DNA of 64,000 nucleotides, taken from contig CM109174.1 in NCBI GenBank assembly GCA_048593225.1, forward strand, positions 125,619,754 through 125,683,753, in the 5' to 3' direction. Below the pieces are notes generated by a model. That model was given only the letters and a program-made list of their open reading frames with translations. It made no database searches and was not told where the DNA came from. Positions within the stretch are counted from its first letter, which is position 1, and each line of letters opens with the position of its first letter. This stretch comes from Sarcophilus harrisii (taxonomy: Eukaryota). Both the position numbers and the translations under genes were made by a program. Shown piece after piece: positions 35,880-49,544 of the stretch.

Positions 35880-37915
35880 TAGCAAAGTTGCAGGATATAA
35901 AATAAATCCCCATAAATCCTCAGCATTTTTATACATCACTAACAAAATCCAACAGCAAGAGATCCAAAGAGAAATTCCATTCAAAATAACTGTCAACAGC
36001 ATAAAATATTTGGGAATCTGTCTACCAAAGGAAAATCAGGAATTATATGAGCAAAATTGCAAAAACTTTCCACACAAATAAAGTCAGACTTAAATAATTA
36101 GAAAAATATTAAGTGCTCTTGGATAGGTCGAGCGAATATAATAAAGATGACAATACTCCCTAAACTAATCTATTTATTTAGTGCTATACCAATCAGACTT
36201 CCAAGAAAATATTTTAATGATCTAGAAAAAAATAACAACAAAATTCATATGGAATAATAAAAGGTCGAGAATCTCAAGGGAATTAATGAAAAAAAAATCA
36301 AATGAAGGTGGCCTAGCTGTACCTGATCTAAAACTATATTATAAAGCAGCAGTCACTAAAACCATTTGGTATTGGCTAAGAAATAGATTAGTTGATCAGT
36401 GGAACAGGAGAGGTTCACAAGATAGAATAGTCAACTATAGTAATCTAGTGTTTGACAAACCCAAAGATCCTAACTTTTGGAATAAGAATTCATTATTTGA
36501 CAAAAACTGCTGGAATAAATGGAAATTAGTATGGCAGAAATTAGGCATGGACCCACACTTAACACCGTATACCAAGATAAAATCAAAATGGGTCCATGAT
36601 TTAGGCATAAAGAACGAGATTATAAATAAATTAGAGGAATATAGGATAGTTTATCTCTCAGACCTGTGGAAGAGGAAGAAATTTGTGACCAAAGATGAAC
36701 TAGAGACCATTACTGATCACAAAATAGAAAATTTTGATTACATCAAATTAAAAAGCCTTTGTACAAACAAAACTAATGCAAACAAGATTAGAAGGGAAGC
36801 AACAAACTGGGAAAACATCTTCACAGTTAAAGGTTCTGATAAAGGCCTCATTTCCAAAATATATAGAGAATTGACTCTAATTTGTAAGAAACCAAGTCAT
36901 TCTCCAATTGATAAATGGTCAAAGGATATGAACAGACAATTTTCAGATGATGAAATTGAAATCATTACCACTCATATGAAAGAGTGTTCCAAATCATTAT
37001 TAATCAGAGAAATGCAAATTAAGACAACTCTGAGATACCACTACACACCTGTCAGATTGGCTAAGATGACAGGAAAAAATAATGATGAATGTTGGAGGGG
37101 ATGCGGGAAAACTGGGACACTGATGCATTGTTGGTGGAGCTGTGAACAAATCCAACCATTCTGGAGAGCAATCTGGAGTTATGCCCAAAAAGTTATCAAA
37201 CTGTGCATACCCTTTGATCCAGCAGTGCTACTACTGTGCTTATACCTCAAGGAGATACTAAAGAAGGGAAAGGGACCTGTATGTGCCAAAATGTTTGTGG
37301 CAGCCCTGTTTGTAGTGGCTAGAAACTGGAAAATGAATAGATGCCCATCAATTGGAGAATGGTTGGGTAAACTGTGGCATATGAATGTTATAGAATATTA
37401 TTATTCTGTAAGACATGACCAGCAGGATGAATACAGAGAGGCTTGGAGAGACTTACATGAACTGATGCTGAGTGAAATGAGCAGAACCAGGAGATCATTA
37501 TATACATCAACAACAATACTGTATGAAGATGTAATCTGATGGAAGTGGATTTCCTTGACAAGAGACCTAACTCAGTTTCAATTGATCAATGATGGACAGA
37601 AGCAGCTACACCCAAAGAAAGAACACTGGGAAATGAATGTAAATTGTTTGCATTTTTGTTTTTCTTCCCGGGTTATTTTTACCTTATGAATCCAATTCTT
37701 CCTGTGCAACAAGAGAACTGTTTGGTTCTGCACACATATATTGTATCTAGGCTATACTGTGACATATTTAACATATATAGGACTGCTTGCCATCTAGAGG
37801 AGGGGGTGGAGGGAAAGAGGGGAAAAATCGGAACAGAAGTGAGTGCAAGTGATAATGTTGTAAAAAATTATCTTGGCATGGGTTCTGTCAATAAAAAGCT
37901 ATTATGAAAAAACAA
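35880..37915 (+). mobile_element. L1 3' portion (ORF2 RT-thumb/C-terminal domain through the 3' end). The 417-codon ORF at 36286..37539 is uninterrupted.
   Basis: ORF2p C-terminal motifs: ...MTGKNNDECWRGCGKTGTLMHCWWSCEQIQPFWRAIWSYAQKVIKLCIPFDPAVLLL...MFVAALFVVARNWKMNRCPSIGEWLGKLWHMNVIEYYYSV... Confidence 0.85.
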
Positions 37916-40184
37916 CAATAACAACAAAACCCCTTATATCCTGACTTTCAAGCTTTACAAGGAGAGGGGATATTATAGATTGAGGAAATTGAGGTTTAAA
38001 GAAGTTAAATGATATCAAAATTCACACAACAGGAAATTTAGGAGTTTGGATGCGGAACAAAGTCCAGTATTCTTTCTATTATATCAAACTGTATTTCAAT
38101 ATTGTGTATTTTACCCTTAAATGCTTTCTGTTTGTGTAGTGCTCATCTCTGGGAGAGATAGGAAGATTGGTTAATATTGATGCTTTCATGAAATTTAATA
38201 GAAGTGTTTCCCCATTGTATGTTAGACAGAGTAGTGCATATATAGTTAATGTTCAGTGGGAGTCTGATTGAATAAATTGATATAGAATATAAGAGCATTG
38301 GACTGGGAATTGGAGAGCTATGTAACTTAAGACAAATCCCTTCAAAGTTCTCTTTGATGAGTAGAATCTTTTTTCTTAATTGCTTTAAGTGAGACGAGAT
38401 TAAAACCTGATCATTTCTCTAAAACTTTTCTCATTGGTGGAGAGTAGAGTTGATGAGAACTTAGGATAGGTGAGTTCATTTGGCTTCCAACTCTGAGGGA
38501 GGACATGCACTGATCCAAGGTCTCTTCTGAGAGAGAACTCCAGAGGAGAGAAAGACTTTGGGAAGGAGTTGACATGTAAAGGGAGCCATTGTCTCTTAGT
38601 ATATCCTGGATTTCCAGGTTGACAAAATAGAGACTTTGGGAAATTTCCCTTTGGGTAAGAACAATAAAAGGCAAAGCTGAGATATAGGTTACTACCAATA
38701 ATAACTTCCTTAGTGAAGCTGAGAAAGGAAAAAAAAAGAATCTTTAATAGAGCAGAGGACTTTGAAGAATTTCTGATGAAAAAATCAGAGCTGAGCAAGA
38801 ATTCTAAAATGCAAATAGGAGTTGAGAGGAAGCTAGAAAGGTAAATGTACTTGTGCAATTAGAAGGGGCTGTATGATGATACAGTGCTAACATCTTAACT
38901 GGAAGGGAAGACATGAGTTTCATTTCAGAATCTTAGAGTTTCCAAAGGAAATTAAGGGAATTAATAAAAAACAAAGGACCTGGGAATGAATTGGTTCTGT
39001 TCTGACATTTTTGAAGAAGAGAAAGTAAAGGAAGGGAGGAACAAAGGAATACACCAGTGTAGGAAGGAAGAAAAGTAAGGTGGAACTTGTTATTTCTCTT
39101 CATTGGGGTGCATTAAAAGTGTACAAACATGAAGATGAAGAGGTAGGGAAATGAGCATCTGGTGAACCTCTGAATCTTTTATCTGAATTGAACAAAAAAG
39201 ACTTGAATATGTGTATACATACCAAGAGTTTGGTGTAAGAATACTAGACTAAAAAGGGAAACAAGTAAAAATAGGAAAAAGGAGTTAAGAGGAAATATAG
39301 TGCCAAGAGCAAGTAAAATGCATTTCTGGATACTGGAAGAGGAGGAGGGGAAAAAAAAAAGAAAACAATCAGAATTTAAGGGAATGCCTTAGATAGCCTC
39401 AGGCTCTTGAAGAATAAGCAAGTTGTGACATATAAATGTAATGACATATTATTACACCATAAGAAATGGTGAAAGAGATGATTCAGAGCATTCTGGGTAA
39501 AATAAACTGATGCAGAGCAAAATGAGCAGAACTAGAACAATTTATGAGAACAACACATGGTAAGGAATAACAACATGGAAAGACTTAAGAACTCAGATCA
39601 ATGCAATGATCAACCATGCGTCCAGAGACTCTATTGGAAAAACATGTTATCCATTTCCTGCTAAAGTGATGGATACAAGGATCAGAAAGAAACATACATT
39701 TTGGGACATGATAACTGAATAGATTCATTTTTGCTTGTCTATGCTAATTTGTATTCTTTCTTAGTTTTTAATGAATGGGCTTTCGTTGTTCTTTATTCTT
39801 GAAGAGGACCAAAATGACATCACTATTTTAGCATTAAGTTACAGTGTCTGACTGTGGCTGATCAGATAAATAGGAATTTAGAAGCTTCTACTACAGGTGA
39901 GGAAATAATAATCGATGAGAACATTAGGGTGAATTCTCTAACTTTGCATATCTTGAGTTTCTTTTGAGCTACTTAATTTCTGTTTTGTTCATGAAGCACA
40001 GCACCTTCTCTGATGAGGGCAGTCAATGCTGGGCAGTCCAATGCCAGTGTCTCCCATGTCCCACAATGAATCCCAAACTTCTGAAGAGAGGCTTTGAGCA
40101 TATGGAAGAGGCTTTGGAGGACAAGACAGATTAACAAAAGTGTTGCCCCCCTCTCCAAAAAAGGGCAATTGAAACATTTTAAGT

Positions 40185-43100
40185 TAACAAAAATTTTTAT
40201 TAAAGCTTTTTATTTTTCCAAATACATACAAAGATAGTTTTCAACATTCGCCTTTGCAAAACCTTGTGTTCCAAATTTTTCTCCCTCCTTCTCCCTTTCT
40301 ACCTTCCCTCAAACAGCAAGTAATCCACTATAAGTTAAACATGTGCAATTCTTCTAAACATATTTCTATATTCATCATATTGCACAAGAAAAATCAGATC
40401 ATAAGGGAGAAAAAACCACGAAAGAGAACAACAAAAACATTTAGTCACCACAGCTCTCTCTCTGAATTCAGATGGCTTCCACCACCACCAAAAGAAGGTA
40501 ATTTGATTTACATTCATTCTCCATAATTCTCTCTTTGTATTTGGATGGCTTTTTCCACTATTGGAATTGCCTTGAATCTCACCTCGATGTTGAAAAGAGC
40601 CAAGCCCACATTGATTATATTAAATTAAAAAGGTTTTGCACAAACAAAACTAACAGAAACAAAATTAAAAGGGAAGTCCAAAGCTGGGGGGGGGGGAAAT
40701 CTTTTTTTTATTGTAGTAAGTTTATTTTTTTAAATACATATTACTTTATGAATATGTTGGGAGAGAAAAATCAGAACAAAAGGGAAAAACCATGGGAGAG
40801 ATTAAGGAAAAAACCCAGAAAAAAGAAGTGAACATAGCATGTGTTGATTTACATTCAATCTTCTTCATTCTTTTTCTAGATGCAGATGGCATTTTCTGTC
40901 CAAAGTTTATTGGGATTGCTTTGGATGACTGAACCATTGAGAAGAATGAAGTTTTTCATAGTTGATCATTGCACATTCTTGTTGTTATTGTTCACAATGT
41001 ATTCCTGGTTCTGCTTGTTTCATTCAGCATCAGTTCATGTAAATCTCTCCAGGCCTTCCTATAAAGAGCTTGTTCATCATTTTTTATAGAACAATAATAT
41101 TCCATTGTCTTCATATGAACAACTTGTTCAGCCATTCCCCAATCTTCTCATTTTCCAATTCTTTGCTACCACAAAAAAGAGCTACTACAAACAGTTTTAC
41201 ACATGTGGGTCCTTTTCCCTCTTTTAAGATTTCCTTGGGATATGAACCCAGTAATGGCACTGATGGGTCAAAAGGCATGTATACAGTTTTATGGCCCTTT
41301 GGGCATAGTTCCAGATGGCTCTCCAAAAAAGTTGAATCATTTCACAATTCCACCAACAATGCATATTAGTGTCCCCTACCCCAAAATAAGGTCAAAGGAT
41401 GAAACTATAAATAAATTAGGAAAACAAGGGATAATTTATCTATCAGATCTTTGGAAAAGGGAGGAATTTATGACCAAAGAAGAACTAGAAAACATTATAA
41501 AAGGCAAAATGGACAACTTTGATTACATTAAATTTAAAAAGGTTTTGCACAAACAAAACCAACAGAAACAAGATTAAAAAGGAAGTACAAAACTGGGAAA
41601 AAGTCTTTGTAGCCATTGTTTCTGATAAAAGTCTCATTTCTAGTCATATGAAAAAATGCTCTAAATCACTATTGATTAGAGAAATGCAAATTAAGACAAC
41701 TCCAAGGCACAACTCCACACCTCTCAGATTAGCTAAAATGACAGGAAAAGATAATGATAAATGTTGGAGGGGATGTTGGAGAACTGGGCCACCAATGCAT
41801 TGTGAAATGATCCAACCTTTCTGGAGAGCCATCTGGAACTATGCCCAAAGGGCTATCAAACTGTACATACCCTTGGATCCATCATTGCCATGCCTGGGTC
41901 TGTATCCCAAGGAAATCTTAAAGGAGGGTAAAGGACCCACATCTGTAAAAATGTAGCAGCTCTTTTTGTAGTAGTAAAGAATTGGAAAATGAGTAGATTC
42001 CCATCGATTTGGGAATGGCTGAACAAATTGTGGACAATGGAATATTATTGTTCTATAAAAAAATGATGAACAAACTCATTTTAGAAAGGCCTGGAAAGAT
42101 CTACATGAACTGATGCTGAGTGAAACAAGCAGAACCAGGAATACATTGTACATAATAACAGCAAGAATATGCGATGGTCACTATGAAAGGCTTGGTTTTT
42201 CTCAGTGGTTCATGATCCAAAGCAATCCCAATAGACATTGAACAGAAAATGCCATCTACCTCGTAAAAAAGAAGTATGGAAGCAGAATACAAATCAACAC
42301 ATACTGTGTTCAGTTTTTTTGTTTTTTTTTTTTTTAATATCTCCCATAGTTTTCCCCTTTTGCTCTGATTCTTCTCCCCCAATATAATTATAAAGTAATG
42401 TAGAATAAAAATAAATAAATTTATGAGGAAAAAAAAGGCAAGTTCACCATAGCTGATCATCACATAACCTTGTTGCTGTGTACAATATTCTCTTGATTCT
42501 ACTCATTTCACTTACATCAGTTCATCTAAGTCTTTCCAGGCTTTTCTAAAATTACTCTGCTCATCATTTCTTTTAGAACAATAACATTCTATTATTTTTA
42601 TATACCATAGCTTAATCAATCATTCCCCAACTGATGGACATCTACTCAATTTCCAGTTCCTTACTACTACAAAAGAGCTGCAACAAACCTTTTTTTAAAA
42701 CATGTATGTCCTTTTGCCTCTTTTTTGATGTCTTTGAAATACAAATTGAGTAGAGATCCTATTGTTTCAAAGAGTATGCATGGTTTTATAGCCTTTTGAG
42801 CATAGTTCTAAATAACCAGAGTGGTTAGATCAGTTCACAACTCTACCAATAATATCTTCTCAGTTTTCCTGTACCCTTTCCCATATATCATTATCTTTTC
42901 CTGTCATCTTAGACATTCTAAAAGGTATGAAGTGGTACCTTTGAATTGTCTTAATTTGCATTTCTCTAATCAATAGTGATTTAGAACATTTTTTTATATG
43001 ACTAGAAATGACTTTAATTTCTTCATCTGGAAATTGTTCATATCCTTTGACCACTTATCAGCAATTGAAACAATATTAAGAAAATAGAGAGCACAGAAGG

Positions 43101-43920
43101 AAGTTCAGAAGGAAACAGAAAAACAGGACAATTTTGAAAGTAACATGTAGAATTTATTATATATACATATATATATGTATTTTTAAAATGTAGCATGAGA
43201 TAGATTCATCATTTCGTTCAGAATCATTTTGTGTTCTGCTGTGTGTATAGAAAGATTCTTTAGGGTGTTTAAGTTAATAATTTTAAAAATGACACTTCCT
43301 ACTCTCCCCTTCCCCCAATCCTTTCTTTCTCTCCAATCTCAGTTGAAAGATTGCCTTACAGGAATGCATATTATTTAGAAACAATATTAACTATGGTTAA
43401 AAGGAGTTAGAGGCGGGGCTGGGGACAAAAGGATAAAGCTGTGGTCTTTTATTGCATTTTTCCAAACTATGGGGCAACAACTCTTTCAAGAGAGGCAGGA
43501 AGAAGTAGTTAAAATCATTGGGCACTTTGAAGTACAACTTTTATAAATGTTTGAAACTGAAAGCCTTTAAAATATTTGGCTATGAGTGAATAAAGGGTTC
43601 TGTGTATTAGACAAAAAGGAAACCATTTTTCACTATTCTTTTTTTAAAAAATTTATTAAAGCTTTTTATTTTTCCAAACTTGTGTGGACAATTCTTTAAC
43701 ATTATAATATTCATATACCACAATTTATTCAGCCATTCTCCAAATGATGGGCATCCACTCAGTTTCCAGTTTCTGGCCACTACAAAAAGGGCTGCCACAG
43801 ACATTTTTGCACATATGGGTCCCTTTCCCTCTTTTAAGATCTCTTTGGGGTATAAGCCCAGTAGAAACGCTGTTGTGTCAAAGGATAGGCACAGTTTGGG
43901 AACTTTTGGGGCATAGGAAA
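40185..43920. mobile_element. Cluster of nested and fragmented L1 pieces in both orientations. ORF2 C-terminal fragments lie on the minus strand at 40880-41345, 42440-43060 and 43600-43910, and on the plus strand at 40535-40700 and 41340-42100. Each minus-strand piece has a similar 3' UTR-like flank (ttttattaaagctttttatttttccaaa).
   Basis: Several track ORFs here carry the L1 ORF2 motifs CWRGC...HCWW...IQPFWRAIW and LFVVALF. Confidence 0.7.
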
Positions 43921-44399
43921 CTTTTTTTTTTTCTCCAAAATTTACTGGTTCTTAACACCTTATTTCTATGAGAGGTTTTTCTGATATGGCTATTGTAACA
44001 ACAAAGTTGCCATCTTAATTAATAGCAGCCATTAATTCAATGACATATAGTTTTGGAAAACTGCACCTAAAATAAGCCTATCCTCGTATGAATAATGTTA
44101 TTATGCTTATTTAAAAATCATAAATATGAAATTTGGAAAGTTTAATCAATAAACAAGTATCTCAATCTGTTACCTTATATTTTGTTTTCATATTAATTTA
44201 TTATAAAACATGTTATTTATTTTTTTCTTTATTTTTCTGGTCATCTATGGATGTTAAAAATAAAAAAAAACATTTCTTTATGAATCACGTTGGGAGAGAA
44301 AAATCAGAACAAAAGGGAAAAATCACTAGAGAAAAAAACAAGAAAAAGGAAAAAAATAACGATGTTTTTTATTTGAATAAAATACAAGCTAAGAAATTT

Positions 44400-45430
44400 A
44401 TTTTAATAGTTTTTTACTGAAAAGCGCGCCTTGGGGCACATGAGTAATTTGCTCCGTTTTGTTTTTAGCAGGGCATCGCTGCATTGAGTTCTTAGAGAAG
44501 GCAAAGACAAGAGTACCAGACCCTCCCCCACGGCCCCCGCGTGCCCCGACGCAGCCTGCGCCGCTCAGGGCTCTGGGAACGCCCGGGGACACAGGGGGCG
44601 CTCGAGAACCAAACCGCTCCGGCCGCCAGTGCGCATGTCTCCCTCTCTTCTTCCTCCTCTCCCAGGGAAGTCGCAGTGCGTTTGCGTGGCTTGGGTCAGC
44701 ACTAACTTCCGGGCAGCGTTGTAGAGATGGGGCCGCGAAGGGGTCCGGGAGCCGAGTAGAGCCGAGTCGGGGCGGGGGGGGATAGCGGGGTGGGCGGGAG
44801 GGAGGGGTGGGGGCGGGGTAGGGGCGGGGGGGAGGCGGGGTGGGGGATTGGAAGGGCTCGCGGAGAGGGGCGGGGTCTGAGGACCAGGGTCAGAGGTTGC
44901 CGCTAGGACTGGAGGCTCGGTGGGGGGGGGGTGATTTTGCCGCTGTCTCCGGCGGGAGGGGCCAGCATGTCAGCCGAGGCCACGGGCGCGGCGTCCCCGG
45001 CCGCCCCCTCTCCTGGGGGTCCCGAACCCCCGGGCCCGGCGCTGCCGCCCACGCCTCCCACCCCCGGGGCCGCGGGCGGGGGCGCGGCCTATGACCTCAA
45101 GCCGCTGAGTCCGAGTAGCAAGTACGTGAAGCTGAACGTGGGGGGCTCGCTGCACTACACCACGCTGCAGACCCTGACCAAGCAGGACACCATGCTCAAA
45201 GCTATGTTCAGTGGCCGCATGGAGGTGCTCACAGACTCGGAAGGTAGCCGGGCTTGGGGCCGGGGCCGGGCAGGACAGCTGCGAGTCCGAAAGCTCCGCG
45301 GGCTCCCGGGGACGGAGCCCGGTCTACACCCCGCCGCGCGGGGTAGCCGTCCCGAGAAATGGGTTTGGGGTTCCGGGCGAGTCACTTAGACCCTCGGCGC
45401 CTCAGTTTCCTCATTTGAACCAAGTTAGAC
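44400..45430 (+). promoter_or_regulatory. KCTD13: CpG island, promoter and 5' UTR region of KCTD13, with multiple GGGCGG-like GC boxes at 44760-44840.
   Basis: GC/CpG density immediately 5' of the KCTD13 ATG. It overlaps exon 1. Confidence 0.55.
44967..45243 (+). CDS. KCTD13: KCTD13 exon 1 (coding part). The track ORF start at 44931 is a GTG codon.
   Basis: ATG at 44967-44969 (gccagcATGtc); donor gtagcc at 45244. Confidence 0.85.
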
Positions 45431-48400
45431 TTGGGCAGCTCAGAATAACCTTTCTCTAAAAGCGTCTCGTCTCTTAAATATCGGTTGGATAGATGAATAG
45501 AGATTAGAGGCTAGCCTCAGCACTGTCAGAAAAAAAAGATGGAAAAGTACTCAGAGTTTGCAGGTAACCTGTATCAGAAGGTGAGGCCTTCCTTCCGAGA
45601 GAGCGACATCCCTGTCGTCGTTAAAAAAAAGTGCCCAAGTGTTTCTCCAAGTATTGGTGCTATAGCTTTACGAAACTGCCCTCTAGGTAAAGGGCTGCCT
45701 TTTGGGGCCAGAGGGAAATTGTTCCTCCTGGAGAGACAGATGGCTAAAGGCCGAGTGTTTCCCCTCCGGCAGGAGTGCAGAATTAAAGGCATGCTTGGTC
45801 CTCAACTCAGGATGGAGTAGGGACCCTTGCAATGCCTGCTTTTCTCAAGAGGCAGGGGTGAACCCTTCACATCCAGAAGGAAAGAAAAAGCAGCTGCTAG
45901 TAGATGTATTTGTTGGGGGTTGGAGTTGGAGTTGGAGGAGGGGAAAATGAGTATTGAATAAAGAATAAAAGCAGCTGTTCCATATGTTGCCGAGGGACAG
46001 GATTATGCTTTTGTTCCTATAGAAGCCAAGGACTTGGGAAGTGGGGGTGGTAGGCTTTGCTGTGCACCTGATCCCACCAGAGGAAAAAGGGGAGGATACA
46101 CGTTTGAAGGAGCATATTAAAAGCTGAGAAGTTTGGGTGATTTTGTAGTCACAAAGTCTTGTTGAAATAGGAGGATAAGTCAGTGGTTACCTCTGAGAAC
46201 AGGACAGAGAAAGGATATCCTGAATATTTTAACTTTTTAGGTTAGATACTAACCTAGATCAAAAAGCAAGGTTTATGGAGTTGGGTACAGTATGATCATT
46301 ATCAACAAAAACTTGTCTTTTCTCCAAGTATTAATGGTTTAAAGACAATGATTGCCCTCTAGAGAAAGGGCGGTTCTTTTTTTGGGGGGGGGGGATTTTT
46401 ATTTGTTAGATATGGTAATAATTAAAAAAACATAGAGAAAATTGAACATTTCTCCCTTCCTCTTTGTGTTTCCTCACCCCCCCCCCCCCCCATTCAGGTT
46501 GGGTGCTGATTGATAGGAGTGGACGTCATTTTGGGACAATCCTGAACTACCTTCGGGATGGGTCAGTTCCTCTTCCAGAGGGCCCTCGGGAGCTGGGTGA
46601 GCTGTTGGGTGAGGCACGTTACTACTTGGTTCAGGGACTAGCTGAGGACTGCCAGTTAGCTCTACAGGTGAGACCACATGTTTTTCTACCTTTTTCTCTG
46701 TATGTGTTGACTTCTTGAGGGGCACAGAAAAAACACTTTTGTCTCCAGCCTATTTCTTCCCACACTATTCTATCCCTCATTTGCTTTTTATCGCACATTA
46801 TCTGAAGTAGTAACCAAGATGGAATGGGTACAATTAATGTGAGAGAATAAACTGCAGGGAGTGACATGTGAGTAAGGGAGCCTGGGGCCTTGTGGGCTTT
46901 TTTTTTTTTTTTTTTTTAGGAACACTGTGTTCTCATTCAGGCTCCATGCCCACATTAGCTAGCTTTTTAATCTCTCTGGATCTGTTTCTTGTGAAATGAA
47001 TAAATGGAACTGGTTCTAATATTTTGTCTAGTTCCAGCAAGAATAATTCACACTTATAAAATATTTTAAGGGCTATAAAGCATCACTACTACCCCTCCCC
47101 CCAAATCCTGTGAAGTGTAAAAATTGAGGAAACTGAGGCTCAGAAAAGTAAAATGATTTTGCTCCTGATCATACATCTAATGTCAGAACCAGAACATAAA
47201 CTCTGGTCTACTGACTCCCAGTATCTTGTCTTTTCTAGTATGCCAATTGCTTTGGGTGTCTTAGTGCTGTTTTAAAATACTTAAAATGGCACTAAGTTTG
47301 AGACATTTTCTATTTTTATAGTATGTTCAAAAATTTATGTAACAAAATAATCCCATAGAATAGTTAGGCTCAGTGTTTTCTTCCTTTCACAGATTAGGAA
47401 ATATACTAAGAGGTAGGTAAAGTCCTTTGCACTAGTTCATTCAAAGCAAGTGGCAGAACCAGAATTATATCCCAGTGTCCTTTCTTTTGTATTATTTTGT
47501 TTTTCCTGCTCTGATTTAACAAGACCCTCTTCTGGGCTATTGTGTTTCCTGATAGTTGTGGAGCTCTGAAAAGTGTTGTAGCCATGAGTAATAGTGAAAA
47601 GAGAAGTAGAGATGGCTGAATTTCTTACTTGATTCTTAAGCCCCAGTTCTTCTCACCATTCTTCCCACTTCTTCTTCCCTGTCAAGCAATAACTAATCTC
47701 CTTTTTCTTTCTTAGCAAAAGAGTGAGAGTCTTTCCCCGCTCTGCCTTATCCCCATGGTGACATCTCCACGGGAGGAACAGCAGCTTCTGGCTAGCACCT
47801 CTAAGGTGAGACACCAGCAGATTGGGAAGGATTGGCTTTTTTGAACTCAGCCTGATCCTTTTCTTCTGTCCTTTCTTTCTCCCCCTCAGCCAGTGGTGAA
47901 GTTGTTGCACAATCGAAGTAACAACAAATATTCCTACACCAGGTAAGGGGGAATCCTGGATTGGCCCAGCCCTTCAATTCTCCCCCCCCGTTCTCTTCCT
48001 TAACAGGTTATAGACTTATTCCCCAAGTTCCTATCTCCTTTCTAAATACATTCTCAATAACCATAATTCTAACTTGGTCAGTTGGTTTTGGTGCTAGAAT
48101 TTGACTGCCTTTTGCTACCCACCTCTCCAATCCCCTAGCACGTCGGATGACAACCTACTAAAGAACATTGAGCTGTTCGACAAGCTGGCATTGCGCTTCC
48201 ACGGGCGGTTGCTCTTTCTCAAGGATGTGCTAGGTGATGAGATCTGCTGCTGGTCTTTTTATGGACAGGGCCGAAAGATTGCCGAAGTCTGCTGTACCTC
48301 CATTGTCTATGCCACTGAGAAGAAGCAGACCAAGGTCAGAGATGAGCCTGGGATTTGAAGATGGGAGAGGTCTACTTTAGCATTCTTAGCTGTTAAAGAA

Positions 48401-48914
48401 GCAATGGAATGGGTATTTGTATGCTTATGGGAGGAAGAAACTGGGTGTATTGAAAATAAGGTAGTTGTAGAGGCTGTCACTTCTCTTTCTCTCTCTTCTC
48501 CTTTTCCCTCTTTCCTCCCACATCTTCCTCCCTTTCCTCTCTCCATTCTTCTCTTTCCTTCCTTTTCTCTCTTAATTTCTCTTTCTTCCTACTCTTCCCT
48601 TCCCCACTTTTGATGAGACCAAAATGGCTCAAATATGGGACAAGTGATTGCCAACCTTGACATCTACCTTTTTACAGGTAGAATTCCCAGAGGCAAGGAT
48701 CTTTGAAGAAACATTGAATATTTTGATCTATGAGACACCCCGGGGGCCTGACCCTGCTCTCCTAGAGGCCACTGGGGGTGCTGCTGGAGGAGGTGGGGCT
48801 GGGCGGGGAGAAGATGAAGATGGACGAGAGCATCGAGTCCGAAGGATCCACGTCAGACGACATATCACTCATGATGAACGACCCCATGGCCAGCAGGCTG
48901 TCTTCAAGGATTGA
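44967..48914 (+). CDS. KCTD13: KCTD13 gene (BACURD1; BTB/POZ domain-containing adaptor for CUL3), 6 coding exons, 340 aa.
   Basis: The exons translate to [18 protein letters not shown]...[52 protein letters not shown] | [56 protein letters not shown] | [30 protein letters not shown] | [17 protein letters not shown] | [66 protein letters not shown] | [34 protein letters not shown]...[26 protein letters not shown]. All junctions are GT/AG and the total of 1023 nt is in frame. Confidence 0.93.
46498..46667 (+). CDS. KCTD13: KCTD13 exon 2 (BTB domain).
   Basis: The acceptor cattcag is preceded by a C12 homopolymer; donor gtgaga. Confidence 0.88.
47085..47245 (+). mobile_element. MIR-like SINE in KCTD13 intron 2.
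   Basis: aaaattgaggaaactgaggctcagaaaagtaaaatgattttgctcctgatcatacatctaatgtcagaaccagaacataaactc. Confidence 0.55.
47716..47805 (+). CDS. KCTD13: KCTD13 exon 3.
   Basis: Acceptor ctttcttag, donor gtgaga; 90 nt. Confidence 0.88.
47890..47942 (+). CDS. KCTD13: KCTD13 exon 4 (53 nt).
   Basis: Acceptor ccccctcag, donor gtaagg. Confidence 0.85.
48139..48334 (+). CDS. KCTD13: KCTD13 exon 5.
   Basis: Acceptor tcccctag, donor gtcaga (weak but in frame); 196 nt. Confidence 0.82.
48678..48914 (+). CDS. KCTD13: KCTD13 exon 6 (coding part, stop TGA at 48912-48914). The 3' UTR continues to about 49565.
   Basis: Acceptor tttacag; ORF 48648..48914. Confidence 0.88.
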   Translation, partial: VEFPEARIFEETLNILIYETPRGPDPALLEATGGAAGGGGAGRGEDEDGREHRVRRIHVRRHITHDERPHGQQAVFKD

Positions 48915-49509
48915 CCTTTTCACTCACCCTGCCCTCAAATTTGTCCTACTCTCTTACTATTACCACCATCATAATGCTTCTACTCTCTCCTTTCCCATGA
49001 TTTCTGCCCCGGCTTTGCTGGTCAAGTCGTGGGTTTCCTTTCTCCACTCAGTATTTCAGATTTATGTTACGGTACATTTAGCCCCTTTTATCCTCCTTAT
49101 TACTCCAAGACCATCAACAACATGGTACATTCCAAGGCATATAATACAGTGCTTCCCAAAATATCACATTTATTAGATTCACCCTCTCCAAACCACTCAG
49201 ATATTTTCTCCCACTCACTCTACTTTCTCCCTATCTCCAGTTCTTACATTCCACTGTCTTTGCATCCATCATAAGTCCGTTTCAGATTTTTGGTTCTGTG
49301 TTTTCACTTCCTTTTAGTATGTATTATGTGCCAAAGTTTTTTTCATGACCTTAACCATCTGCTACATTCCAAGCCTACTTCTTTACTCCTTTATGTTTTA
49401 CAACCAATTCACCTACAATCCTGTCCCTGGCCCTTGTTCCTTCTTGAATTGGTACTGAAGTGGCCTGTGGTCTTTCCAACCTGGCCTCCCCACCTACTTT
49501 TTTCTTATT

Positions 49510-49515
49510 ATTTAT
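49510..49515 (-). terminator. ASPHD1: ASPHD1 candidate polyadenylation signal (AATAAA on the minus strand; tttatt on the plus strand).
   Basis: About 620 nt downstream of the ASPHD1 stop on the minus strand, and only ~25 bp from the KCTD13 signal on the opposite strand. Confidence 0.35.
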
Positions 49516-49538
49516 TTTAATTTTCTATTAAATTATTG

Positions 49539-49544
49539 AAATAA
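49539..49544 (+). terminator. KCTD13: KCTD13 candidate polyadenylation signal AATAAA.
   Basis: gaAATAAAattaaattgc, about 625 nt after the stop. Confidence 0.4.
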
